Shown here one piece after another: positions 9,977 to 18,842 of a stretch of DNA of 64,000 nt. The DNA lies in the NCBI GenBank assembly GCA_000018565.1, contig CP000875.1, positions 441,199 through 505,198 of the forward strand, read 5' to 3'. Every line of letters starts with the position of its first letter. The first letter of the stretch is position 1. A model generated the notes under the pieces. It was not told the DNA's origin, ran no database searches, and saw nothing but the letters and a program-made list of their open reading frames with translations. This DNA comes from Herpetosiphon aurantiacus DSM 785. GTDB taxonomy: Bacteria > Chloroflexota > Chloroflexia > Chloroflexales > Herpetosiphonaceae. The translations under genes and the position numbers were made by a program.

Positions 9977-10257
9977 CAACCCGTCACATTGCACCTTCAC
10001 TCCTCTCTGTGGAAACGTCTTCTAGTACTTCCATCCCAACCCTAGCCTTACCCCTGCATAGCAATAAAGAGTATTGGCATATCATAGACGGATACATCCA
10101 ATTGCGACCATAATAGGGTTGTCATTTTTCTAACGTCGATGCTTGCAATAAGGCCCATTAGAAAATATTTTTTGTTCCATTTATATCAAATATTGACATT
10201 ATTTGGACAAAACCTCGACAACATCGACTAGTTGCACTGTACACAAAGGAGACGGCT

Positions 10258-10956
10258 ATGGCGCTCGAAGGTAATTTTGCTGATATGCCATTAATTGACT
10301 TGATGCATGTATTTCATCATGGGCGCAAAACCGGTCGTCTTTTGATTGCGAATGCTCCATTCAAAGCGATGTTGTGGTTTTTCGATGGTGCGATCATCAA
10401 TGCAGGGGTGGTAACCCAAAATGCCCACGAACGAGTTGCGTGTGGCGAACAAGCCGTGTTTGATATGTTGGCCTGGGATGATGCCCAATTTGTCTTTTTG
10501 CCACCCAACCCACAAGAGACGGTGTCGGTGCAAATTCAACATTCGATCGATTGGCTGATTATCGAAGGCTTGCGCCGTCGTGATCAACCGCAACGGTTGG
10601 CAGGTACAACCAAACTCCAACCAACTTCACGCCTACGCTTAGTGCCAATGTTGCGGCAAGCCAGCGATATTACCCTAACCATCGAAGATTGGCGCATTTT
10701 GAGCCAGTTGGTGCAAGAATTAAGTGTGGCCGAACTCGTCGAAGCCACAGGCTGGAATTACGATCAAACCCTCAAAGTGCTGCATCGTTTGATCGCCTTG
10801 AATTTGGTGGAGGTGTGTAGCGAGATTGTTGTTTCTCAGCGTTCGCTTAGCCCAGTTTTGATGGCGCCTAACCACGAACATATGGTTGAGAATCGGGTGC
10901 GTGGGTTGGTTCAAGCAATCAAAGCGCGGCTGCGTCGCACCAGCGCCAGTGCGTAG
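10258..10956 (+). CDS. DUF4388-domain protein
   Basis: 232 aa. The N-terminal LIDLMHVFHHGRKTGRLLI...FFDGAIINAG...GEQAVFDMLAWDDAQFVF pattern is characteristic of DUF4388. An AGGAGA RBS precedes it, and it is the first gene of a four-gene + strand module. Confidence 0.6.
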   Translation: MALEGNFADMPLIDLMHVFHHGRKTGRLLIANAPFKAMLWFFDGAIINAGVVTQNAHERVACGEQAVFDMLAWDDAQFVFLPPNPQETVSVQIQHSIDWLIIEGLRRRDQPQRLAGTTKLQPTSRLRLVPMLRQASDITLTIEDWRILSQLVQELSVAELVEATGWNYDQTLKVLHRLIALNLVEVCSEIVVSQRSLSPVLMAPNHEHMVENRVRGLVQAIKARLRRTSASA

Positions 10957-10958
10957 GA

Positions 10959-11540
10959 GTGACAATGGTCAATTATAAAATTGTGATCACGGGAGCATAC
11001 GCGGCGGGCAAATCGCAATTTATTCGTACCGTCAGCGAAATCGATGTGGTCGATACCGATGTTCCCGTGACCCATGCCGAGGAGAAAGAACTCAAACACC
11101 ATACAACCGTTGGTTTGGATTTCGGCACCTTGAGCATTGATGCCGAACAACGCTTGCTCTTATTTGGCACGCCAGGTCAAGAACGTTTTGATTTTATGTG
11201 GGAAATTTTAGCCGAAGGTTGTTTGGGCTATATTGTTTTAGTTGATAGTTGCCGACCTGCCCATTTTAACGAGACGATTGTGGTGTTGGAACGTTTTGCG
11301 GAGATGACCCCTGTGCCATTTGTGGTTGCCGCCACAAAACAAGATTTACCTGGGGCATTGCCGCCAATGTATATTCGCCGCCGCTTGGGACTACCAACCG
11401 ATATTCCGATCCTCGCTTGCGTTGCCACCGATTACCCCTCAGTGAGCGATGTGATCAGTACCTTGCTTGATCGAATCGACGTTTTAGCCCAAGATTCATC
11501 CTCCTCCTCTGAAAATAACAAGGAGCATTCTCATGGCTAG
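10959..11540 (+). CDS. Ras-like small GTPase (MglA/CvnD-like)
   Basis: 193 aa with the P-loop GAYAAGKS, switch II FGTPGQERF and the NKxD-like TKQD. It starts 2 bp after the upstream stop. Confidence 0.7.
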   Translation: MTMVNYKIVITGAYAAGKSQFIRTVSEIDVVDTDVPVTHAEEKELKHHTTVGLDFGTLSIDAEQRLLLFGTPGQERFDFMWEILAEGCLGYIVLVDSCRPAHFNETIVVLERFAEMTPVPFVVAATKQDLPGALPPMYIRRRLGLPTDIPILACVATDYPSVSDVISTLLDRIDVLAQDSSSSSENNKEHSHG

Positions 11541-11910
11541 TCGTTCGGAACAAATTAATACTATTTTAGGCCAACTTGTCACAAATAACGGTAATGATAT
11601 TAACGGGGCTGCATTGATTAGCTCCGATGGGATTTTAATTGGCTCACGGATGTCGGCGGATGTGAATGCCGACCGCATGGGCGCAATTGCCGCAACCATG
11701 ATGGGGGTTACCACCCGCGTGGTCAACGATTTGAAAATTGGTAAAGCCAATGAGGCAATTGTGAATGCCGAAAGTGGCTATCTCTTGGTTATGCCGGTGG
11801 CCGCTCAGATGATTCTAGCAATCATTCTGCGCCAACACGCCAATTTGGGCATGATTCGGATTGAAGCTCGTGAAACAGGTCGTGCCATCGCCGAACTGAT
11901 GACCGCTTAA
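11533..11910 (+). CDS. Roadblock/LC7-domain protein (MglB/CvnB-like)
   Basis: 125 aa with a Roadblock-type pattern (GAALISSDGILIGS...). It overlaps the GTPase gene by 8 bp. Confidence 0.7.
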   Translation: MASRSEQINTILGQLVTNNGNDINGAALISSDGILIGSRMSADVNADRMGAIAATMMGVTTRVVNDLKIGKANEAIVNAESGYLLVMPVAAQMILAIILRQHANLGMIRIEARETGRAIAELMTA

Positions 11911-11926
11911 TTCAAGGAGGTAGCTC

Positions 11927-12472
11927 ATGGCAGATCGTCAAAGTTGGAGCGTGAAGGGAACCGCAATTCTGACCGAGTTGGTAAAAATGATGGATGTTTC
12001 GGCTGCTGAATCGCAATTACTCGGCAGTTTGCACGATGGCGCTAAAGCACAAACCACCGCCTTCACCGATGCTTTTTACAAACGTTTGTTGGGCCACGCC
12101 GCCACTGCCGAATATCTCGATGGGGTGTCGGTCGAACGCTTAACGGGTATGCTTGGTATGTGGTTTAGTGATCTGTTTCGCGGCAATTATGATGAAGCCT
12201 ATGCTCAACAACGTTTGAAAATTGGCGAAATTCATGTGCGGATTGGCTTGCCTGTGCGTTATCCTTTGGCTATGCTCGATGTGATTATGCCATTTGGTGA
12301 GCAAGTTGCTGCCACCAGTAGCGACCCTGCCAAGGCTATAACGGCATTTCGCAAAGTATTAGCCCTCGATGTTGCCCTCTTTAATCAAGCCTACGAAGAT
12401 AATCAATTGTCGCACTTGGCCGATTTAGTCGGTGGTGAGCGCTTAGCCCGTTTGCTACTGGCTGGTCAATAA
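11927..12472 (+). CDS. Protoglobin / globin-coupled-sensor-type globin domain protein, stand-alone
   Basis: 181 aa matching the protoglobin pattern (FYKRLL...SDLFRGNYDEAYAQQRLKIGEIHVRIGLPVRY), with a candidate proximal His in GEIHVRIG. A GGAGG RBS precedes it. Confidence 0.6.
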   Translation: MADRQSWSVKGTAILTELVKMMDVSAAESQLLGSLHDGAKAQTTAFTDAFYKRLLGHAATAEYLDGVSVERLTGMLGMWFSDLFRGNYDEAYAQQRLKIGEIHVRIGLPVRYPLAMLDVIMPFGEQVAATSSDPAKAITAFRKVLALDVALFNQAYEDNQLSHLADLVGGERLARLLLAGQ

Positions 12473-12489
12473 GGTTGGTTGGGCTTTCC

Positions 12490-13128
12490 TCAATTGCGCT
12501 GTTGCAACGCCCGAATATTCGTCAGACAACCTGCAAAATCCCAAATTAAATCGTCGTGATCGAGGCGTAAGCGCTGTTCGCCAATGCTTACCTCTATCTG
12601 ATTGAGCAGTGGGATAAGTACAAATGTGCCCTGTGGCGGCGTGTTACCATCGTGTAAGCGCCGCCGCACCACGTTCATGCCCTCGCTGATTAATTGTTGG
12701 CTCAGTTGTTCAAGCAAGCTATCACCGAGCCAGAGATCGTTGATCTGTTTGGCATGAATCAGCTGTTGCCAGTTGGTGCTGATGAAGGTAATGCGCCGAA
12801 AGCGCTGGGCCATAATTGGCTGGGGCAATGCTTGCAAGGCTCCAACTTCGAGCCGCCAATAACGTTCGTGGGCACGCGGATGCTCAGGTTGCTCAGGGAT
12901 GAGTTGGCTGCGCGTGGCTTGGCTGACATGCTCAATTGGCGCATACCAGCGAATTTGACCGCCTTCGTCGCCAAAGGCTTTGGTTTGATACCATGCCAAC
13001 ATGCCAGCAGCCATCCGGCGCGGAGCATGAGCCAGCGGAACACGATACCAGTGCTCGTGTTGAATTCGCTGCCAATCGGCGTGGTTATTCAAAACGGCGA
13101 CTAAAACAGGTGTGTTGGCCTCAGGCAT
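12490..13128 (-). CDS. Hypothetical protein, co-operonic with uvsE
   Basis: 212-aa ORF with no motif I recognise, separated from the uvsE stop by 4 bp. Confidence 0.5.
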   Translation of the reverse strand: MPEANTPVLVAVLNNHADWQRIQHEHWYRVPLAHAPRRMAAGMLAWYQTKAFGDEGGQIRWYAPIEHVSQATRSQLIPEQPEHPRAHERYWRLEVGALQALPQPIMAQRFRRITFISTNWQQLIHAKQINDLWLGDSLLEQLSQQLISEGMNVVRRRLHDGNTPPQGTFVLIPLLNQIEVSIGEQRLRLDHDDLIWDFAGCLTNIRALQQRN

Positions 13129-13131
13129 ATG

Positions 13132-14025
13132 TTACTCCACATCAGAAATCTCAGGTGCAAAGCGTTGCAAATCGTTGCGTGCCCGTTCAATTGCCAAATC
13201 TCCAGCTTTAACCTCAAGCATCAGATCATATTCGCGCTGATACGGCAGTCGCAGCAGGCTGATCAATTCAAATGGATTGGCTAAATCGCTGTGTTCATGC
13301 CATGTTGGCAATAGCAATTGTTGGCGCTGCCCAAGCCGAATTTCGGTTCGTGGTGAGCTAAAATGCACTTTGGGCTTGCGCTGAACTGGCCAAGTCGCTA
13401 AGGCATAATTTAAGGCTTCAGTATCATTCAACTGGGCTGGATTGTAGAGTTGATGATGCAGCCAATCGAAAATCACGGGAATGCTGGTTTGCGCATGAAT
13501 ATGCAATGCATCGAGTAAACTCCAGACCCGCCCATCGGCTTCAAGCGCTAAAACATTGATTACCGCTGGCTCAAGTTGTTGCAAGCTGGTGACGCTTTGG
13601 GCTAAGGCACTCGCGCGATCCCCATATTGCGCCCCAATATGCACCACAATCACCGGATCATCACAGCCCAAATTAATTAAATAGGCTGCGGCGCTAGTGA
13701 GATAAGTTAGCGCATATTGGCGAATTAGGGGATCGTGGCTGTTGAGCAGCACATTGCTTGGAGCATGATAGGTTAGGCGAATCTGGGCTTGTTGGGCATA
13801 ATTGCCGATTAATTGGAATTGCTCGGCGGCTTCTGGCCATGTGTTGAGCAATTCGTAAGGCCAAGCAGGCAAACGATAACAATGAATCTGTTGTTGTTCG
13901 AGATAGCGCAGAACATCGTAAAGATACAAGACCCATTGGCTTAGCTGCTGCTGATTGGGTGCTTGTAAATCAGGGCGTTTGAGAATCCGGCCACTCAGGC
14001 CTAGATAACGCATGGGTAACTCCAC
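13132..14025 (-). CDS. uvsE: UV damage endonuclease (UvdE/UvsE family)
   Basis: Blocks align to B. subtilis UvsE: VIVVHIGAQYGD, VLALEADGR, IPVIFDWLHH, KPKVHFSSPRTE and DLMLEVKAGD. Confidence 0.8.
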   Translation of the reverse strand: MELPMRYLGLSGRILKRPDLQAPNQQQLSQWVLYLYDVLRYLEQQQIHCYRLPAWPYELLNTWPEAAEQFQLIGNYAQQAQIRLTYHAPSNVLLNSHDPLIRQYALTYLTSAAAYLINLGCDDPVIVVHIGAQYGDRASALAQSVTSLQQLEPAVINVLALEADGRVWSLLDALHIHAQTSIPVIFDWLHHQLYNPAQLNDTEALNYALATWPVQRKPKVHFSSPRTEIRLGQRQQLLLPTWHEHSDLANPFELISLLRLPYQREYDLMLEVKAGDLAIERARNDLQRFAPEISDVE

Positions 14026-14216
14026 AAAGGCTAGTTTGGGCGAAGACTTCCAGCCTTTGTGGAATGGATGCTATGCAGAACATAGCTGGTAAATCTATTC
14101 ACTCACTGTATTAGATACAAACCATGGCGATTTTTCGCATGCAAGCATGGGCAATTTGCGAAATTGGCCGAAAGTTGCATAATTATTCTTTGGATTATGC
14201 GCCTAACTAGGAGCGG

Positions 14217-14888
14217 GTGATGGTCACAACTACCCAGCGATTTCAATTGTTGGCCTTCGATTTAGATGGAACGTTGGTCGATTCGGCTCAAGGGATTGTG
14301 GATACTGTGAATCAAGTGCTGGCTGAGCATGGTTTTGCAACTGCGGCCTATAGCCAGATGGCTCCATGGATTGGCTTGCCCTTGCAGGTATTTTGGGAGC
14401 GCTTGACTGATTTTCAGCCTGAAAACTATGGAATTTTGACTGAGCGTTATCGCACAATTTACCGTGAAATTGCGATTCCAAGCAGCCGCTTATTTGCAGG
14501 CGTGGCCGAAACGATCGATCAACTTAAATCAGCAGGCTATCGTTTGACGATTGCCAGCTCAAAAATTACGCCAGTGAGCAGCGCAGTGCTGCAACAAGTT
14601 GGCTTGTTTGGCTATTTTGATTTGCTGATGGGCAACGATTCGGTCAGCCAACCCAAGCCCCATGCCGAAATGCTGGCTAAAACCTTGGCCCATTTTGGGC
14701 TGAATGCGACCCAAGCCTTGATGATTGGCGATACCATCCATGACATTACGCTTGGTCACAACGCCCAAGTTGCTAGTTTGGCAGTTACGACTGGCACCCA
14801 TGATCTGGCAACATTAACTGCCGCCCAGCCACTGGCCATTTTGAATCAGCTCCATGAACTGCCTGCTTGGTTGGCGCAACCAGCCTGA
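14217..14888 (+). CDS. HAD-family hydrolase (phosphoglycolate phosphatase-like)
   Basis: Motif I FDLDGTLVDS, plus a C-terminal GDTIHD-type motif. Confidence 0.8.
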   Translation: MMVTTTQRFQLLAFDLDGTLVDSAQGIVDTVNQVLAEHGFATAAYSQMAPWIGLPLQVFWERLTDFQPENYGILTERYRTIYREIAIPSSRLFAGVAETIDQLKSAGYRLTIASSKITPVSSAVLQQVGLFGYFDLLMGNDSVSQPKPHAEMLAKTLAHFGLNATQALMIGDTIHDITLGHNAQVASLAVTTGTHDLATLTAAQPLAILNQLHELPAWLAQPA

Positions 14889-14926
14889 ATGGTACAATAA
14901 CAACATCTCAACTTCTGGAGGATTGT

Positions 14927-15148
14927 ATGCCACAATATAAAAATCGTATGTATCGCAAGGAATGGCTCTCGGAACGCCGTAAATTGGCGCGAGCGTTGGA
15001 AGGCCTCGAACAAAATTGGGATCTTGAGGCCGAAGGCATTGTCTTACCAACTGACGATGATGGTGCTACCTTGACGGTTGAGCAATTGCGCGAACGAATT
15101 GCCGACCTTGATGGCAAGCTTGAGCGCTATCCCAACCCACAAAAGTAA
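14927..15148 (+). CDS. Small hypothetical protein (73 aa)
   Basis: A strong GGAGGA RBS lies 5 nt upstream of the ATG at 14927. The product is a charged helical peptide of unknown function. Confidence 0.45.
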   Translation: MPQYKNRMYRKEWLSERRKLARALEGLEQNWDLEAEGIVLPTDDDGATLTVEQLRERIADLDGKLERYPNPQK

Positions 15149-15155
15149 TTAAGGT

Positions 15156-15251
15156 GCCCTCACCCCAATCCCTCTCCCGCACGCGAGGCGAGGGGGGAAC
15201 CACTAAACCAAACGCCCTCGCCCGCCGCAGTGGGAGAGGGGTTGGGGGTGA
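15156..15251. repeat. Nested palindromic REP-like element (CTCACCCCAA..CCCTCTCCCGC..GCGGGAGAGGG..TTGGGGTGAG)
   Basis: Visible triple-nested inverted repeat. Related copies lie at 15308-15405, 34496-34594 and 61356-61403. Confidence 0.8.
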
Positions 15252-15307
15252 ACTTTCAAAGGTAGGTTTTCAACAATCATTGGGTAGGATGCATCGTCGA
15301 TGGTCAT

Positions 15308-15405
15308 GCCCTCACCCCTAGCCCCCTCTCCCGCACGCGAGGGGGAACCGATAAACCAAACGCCCCTCGCCCTCCGCAGTGGGAGAGGGGTTGGGGTGAG
15401 GGCAT
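15308..15405. repeat. Second copy of the REP-like nested palindrome
   Basis: Same architecture as 15156-15251, and the two form a tandem pair upstream of panD. Confidence 0.8.
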
Positions 15406-15524
15406 GAATAAACCTTTAATAAAAACTACTTGCGTTCGGCCAATCACAGCCGTATCATGGTTTATGGCGGCGACTGTTGATCGATGGGATGAACAGCGGC
15501 GACCAAACTAAGGAGTAATCAACG

Positions 15525-15902
15525 ATGATTCGTACCCTCGTGCATGCCAAAATTCACCGTGCAACCGTAACTGGTGCAGACCTCAATTATGTTGGTTCGA
15601 TAACCATTGATGAGGATCTGTTGGAAGCAGCTGGAATTTGGCCGTTTGAACGGGTTCAGGTAGTCGATGTCAATAATGGAGCACGCCTCGAAACCTATGC
15701 AATCGTGGGCGAACGTGGCTCAGGCACGATTCAACTCAACGGTGCGGCGGCGCACTTAGTCAATGTTGGCGATTTGGTGATCATCATGGCGTATGCCCAA
15801 GTTGATGCCAAACCCGAAGAGTGGGAGCCAACCGTGGTGTTTGTGAATGAACAAAACGCGATTACCGAGGTTAAGGCTTTGTTGCCTGTTGGTGGTCGCT
15901 AG
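15525..15902 (+). CDS. panD: Aspartate 1-decarboxylase
   Basis: [29 protein letters not shown] is canonical PanD, including the pyruvoyl-forming Ser. Confidence 0.9.
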   Translation: MIRTLVHAKIHRATVTGADLNYVGSITIDEDLLEAAGIWPFERVQVVDVNNGARLETYAIVGERGSGTIQLNGAAAHLVNVGDLVIIMAYAQVDAKPEEWEPTVVFVNEQNAITEVKALLPVGGR

Positions 15903-15959
15903 TTGTTGTGAGGAGTGTGCCATGGATTGGGTTTTGCGACCCATCCATGGCCTTTTTTT

Positions 15960-17195
15960 ATGACTCTACTTGCTGTTGCTGATGCTCAAGCGGCGATTCT
16001 TGAGCGAATGACCACCCTCGCCAGCGAATCGATCGATCTAAATGAGGCATTGGGGCGCGTGCTGGCCGCGCCAATGTATGCCGACCGCGATGCACCACCC
16101 TTTGCCAATTCGGCCATGGATGGCTATGCGGTATTGGTCACTGATTTGAACAATGCCAGTGCTGACAATTCGGTGGCGTTGCAGATTATCGAGCGGGTGG
16201 CGGCGGGCGCTGTGCCGCAACACCAATTGCGGGCTGGTAGCGCGATTCGGATTATGACCGGGGCGCAAGTTCCTGCCAATGCCGAGGCAGTTGTGCCATT
16301 TGAAGAAACCGATGAAGGCCAAGCCAATGCCCAAACTGAGGTTGTACGCATGTTCCAGCCAACCCAGCATGGTAATAATATTCGGCCTGCTGGCGAGGAT
16401 ATGCAGGCTGGTAGCTTGGTTTTAGCGGCTGGTCAGATGTTGAACGCTGGCAGCATTGGGGTTTTGGCAACAATTGGCGCAGCGCAAGTACCAGTTTTTC
16501 GCCAACCACGGGTAGCCATTATTGCCACTGGCGATGAGTTGGTTGATGTTGGCGTTGAGCCAAAGGCTGGCCAAATTCGTAACTCGAATGGCTATGCTAA
16601 CGCCGCCCAAGTGCGTGAAGCTGGGGCAATTCCAATTATGTTGCCGATTGTGCCCGATAATGCTGATGCCTTGCGAGCAACTTTAGCGCAAGCTGTAGCC
16701 CAAGTCGATGTATTATTGACTTCTGGCGGTGTATCGGTTGGTGATTACGATTTGGTCAAGCAAATTTTGAACGAAGTGGGCAAATTAGAATTTTGGCGGG
16801 TGCGGATGCGCCCAGGCAAGCCCTTGGCTTTTGGCTCGATCAATGGCAAACCAATTTTTGGCTTGCCTGGCAATCCAGTTTCGGCCATGGTTTGTTTTGA
16901 GTTATTTGTACGGCCAGCGTTACGGAAGATCGGCGGATATCAACAATTGCTCCGTCCAAGCGTTTGGGCGAAGTTACTTGATGCCGATTTGGAAAGTAAC
17001 GAGCGTCGCCAATATCTGCGGGTGATCGTTAAAAGCAGCGCCACTGGCTTAACCGCTGAATTAACTGGGGCACAAGGTTCGGGCTTGGTTAGCTCGATGG
17101 CGAGTGCTAATGGTTTATTGATTGTGCCCGAAGCAGGTCATGGCATTAATCGTGGTGCAATGGCCGAAGTTGTGTTATTTGGGGAACTGCACTAG
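15960..17195 (+). CDS. moeA: Molybdopterin molybdotransferase
   Basis: SGGVSVGDYD and GLPGNPVSAMVCFELFVRPAL are MoeA signatures. The start is taken at the internal Met; the track start at 15915 is GTG. Confidence 0.85.
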   Translation: MTLLAVADAQAAILERMTTLASESIDLNEALGRVLAAPMYADRDAPPFANSAMDGYAVLVTDLNNASADNSVALQIIERVAAGAVPQHQLRAGSAIRIMTGAQVPANAEAVVPFEETDEGQANAQTEVVRMFQPTQHGNNIRPAGEDMQAGSLVLAAGQMLNAGSIGVLATIGAAQVPVFRQPRVAIIATGDELVDVGVEPKAGQIRNSNGYANAAQVREAGAIPIMLPIVPDNADALRATLAQAVAQVDVLLTSGGVSVGDYDLVKQILNEVGKLEFWRVRMRPGKPLAFGSINGKPIFGLPGNPVSAMVCFELFVRPALRKIGGYQQLLRPSVWAKLLDADLESNERRQYLRVIVKSSATGLTAELTGAQGSGLVSSMASANGLLIVPEAGHGINRGAMAEVVLFGELH

Positions 17196-17212
17196 TTGAG
17201 GGAGCGTAGCGC

Positions 17213-18433
17213 ATGCCGTTTGAGTCGTTTCAAGATCTGATAACAATGCTGGTGGTTATTCTCGTGCTCCAAGTGAGCTTGGCATTGTTGTTAATTGGCG
17301 TGCGCAAATGGCGACCAACGCGCTATCAACGCTATCCGCGCATTAGCCTGCCACCAACCAGCGACGAGCGCCATCAATTTCAGTTGTATATGTCGGGCGA
17401 AGAGCTGTTTCCGGCCATGCTGCAAGCGATTGAATCGGCGCAGCGCTTGATTTTGCTCGAAACCTTTATTTTCAAAGGCGATGATTTAGGCCATAAATTT
17501 CGTGAAGCCTTATTGCGCAAAGCTCGCAGCGGCGTGGCCGTCTATGTGATTATCGATGGGTTTGCCAATTTGGTGGTCCCACGCAAATTCAAAAATTTTC
17601 CGCCGGAAATTCAACTGTTGAGCTACCCAGCTTTTCCGCGTTTATCGCAGATTTTCGATATTGGTTCGTATGCGCGTGACCATCGCAAACTGTTGGTCGT
17701 TGATAACGAAGTGGCCTTTATTGGGGGCTACAATTTGGGTGAATTGTATCGCACTGAGTGGCGCGATACTCATGTGCAGGTGCGTGGCCCGATTGTCAGC
17801 AATTTGGCCGAAATGTTTGCTTCGCAATGGAACCGTTATCGCCGCCGCCTAACGCGCTTGCACATCGACCTCGAGTTGGAATGGCAATCGACAGTGCGGG
17901 TACAGCGCAACGACGCTGGCCGCTTGGTTTTTCCAATTCGTTCGATGTATCTTGATGCAATTGAACGAGCTGAACGGTTTGTTTACATTAGCAACGCCTA
18001 TTTTATTCCCGATCGGGCGATTTTAGAGGCCTTGGTGCTGACCGCACGGCGCGGAGTTGATGTGCGCATTTTGGTTCCAGCTGAATCGAACCATGTGTTG
18101 GCCGATTGGCTGGCGCGGCATTATTTTGAATTTTGCCTGCGCCATGGGATTAAAATTTTTCTCTACGAAAATGCCATGATTCACGCCAAAACCGCTACGA
18201 TCGATGGAATTTGGTCAACGGTTGGCACGGCCAATCTTGATCGGCTGAGTTTAGCGGGCAACCATGAAATCAATCTAGAAATTTATAACGCCGCCTTTGC
18301 TGAACGGATGCAAGAAATTTTTGCCTGCGATATGGCTAATGCCCGTGAATTAACCTTGGCCGAATGGATTAAGCGCCCATGGTATACCAAGGCCGCCGAG
18401 TTGGTGCTCTCGCCATTATGGCCAATTTTGTAG
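17213..18433 (+). CDS. cls: Phospholipase D-family protein / cardiolipin synthase
   Basis: Two HKD motifs (HRKLLVVDNEVAFIGGYNLG and HAKTATIDGIWSTVGTANLD) and an N-terminal transmembrane helix. Confidence 0.85.
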   Translation: MPFESFQDLITMLVVILVLQVSLALLLIGVRKWRPTRYQRYPRISLPPTSDERHQFQLYMSGEELFPAMLQAIESAQRLILLETFIFKGDDLGHKFREALLRKARSGVAVYVIIDGFANLVVPRKFKNFPPEIQLLSYPAFPRLSQIFDIGSYARDHRKLLVVDNEVAFIGGYNLGELYRTEWRDTHVQVRGPIVSNLAEMFASQWNRYRRRLTRLHIDLELEWQSTVRVQRNDAGRLVFPIRSMYLDAIERAERFVYISNAYFIPDRAILEALVLTARRGVDVRILVPAESNHVLADWLARHYFEFCLRHGIKIFLYENAMIHAKTATIDGIWSTVGTANLDRLSLAGNHEINLEIYNAAFAERMQEIFACDMANARELTLAEWIKRPWYTKAAELVLSPLWPIL

Positions 18434-18446
18434 AAATGGAGCAAGC

Positions 18447-18842
18447 ATGCTCAAACGCAACGAATCTTTAGCCTTTGGCCGCCCATTTTTGATTACGGTG
18501 ATTGCAATTGGCTATGTTTTGACGGCGATGTTGGAAGTTGCAGTCGCCTTGTATGGGCGAGTGCCAGCATTCCTTGAACAATTTATTTTGTCTGATGATC
18601 CGCTTTTGTTGATTGTGACCGCATGTTTTCAAGTAATGATGGGTTTGGCGCTCTTTCAAGGCTGGCGGGTGATGTGGTGGGTGGTGATTGGCAGCGCCTA
18701 TCTTTCAATTGGCAGCTATATTTTGGATGGGATGTTGGGTGAACGTTGGGCTTGGGGCGGGATGTTGTGGAATGTGGTTGTGCTGGCCTATATGAATTCG
18801 CGCGATGTGCAGGCCTTTTTCGGGCGCGAAGTCTATTATTGA
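18447..18842 (+). CDS. Hypothetical membrane protein (about 4 TM helices)
   Basis: Hydrophobic 131-aa ORF 13 bp after cls. I recognise no homology. Confidence 0.4.
   Translation: MLKRNESLAFGRPFLITVIAIGYVLTAMLEVAVALYGRVPAFLEQFILSDDPLLLIVTACFQVMMGLALFQGWRVMWWVVIGSAYLSIGSYILDGMLGERWAWGGMLWNVVVLAYMNSRDVQAFFGREVYY

Noticed and set aside
10193-10198. Second TTGACA hexamer closer to the DUF4388 start
   Set aside because: No convincing -10 element lies 16-19 bp downstream, so it is kept only as a note under the 9947-9976 promoter candidate.
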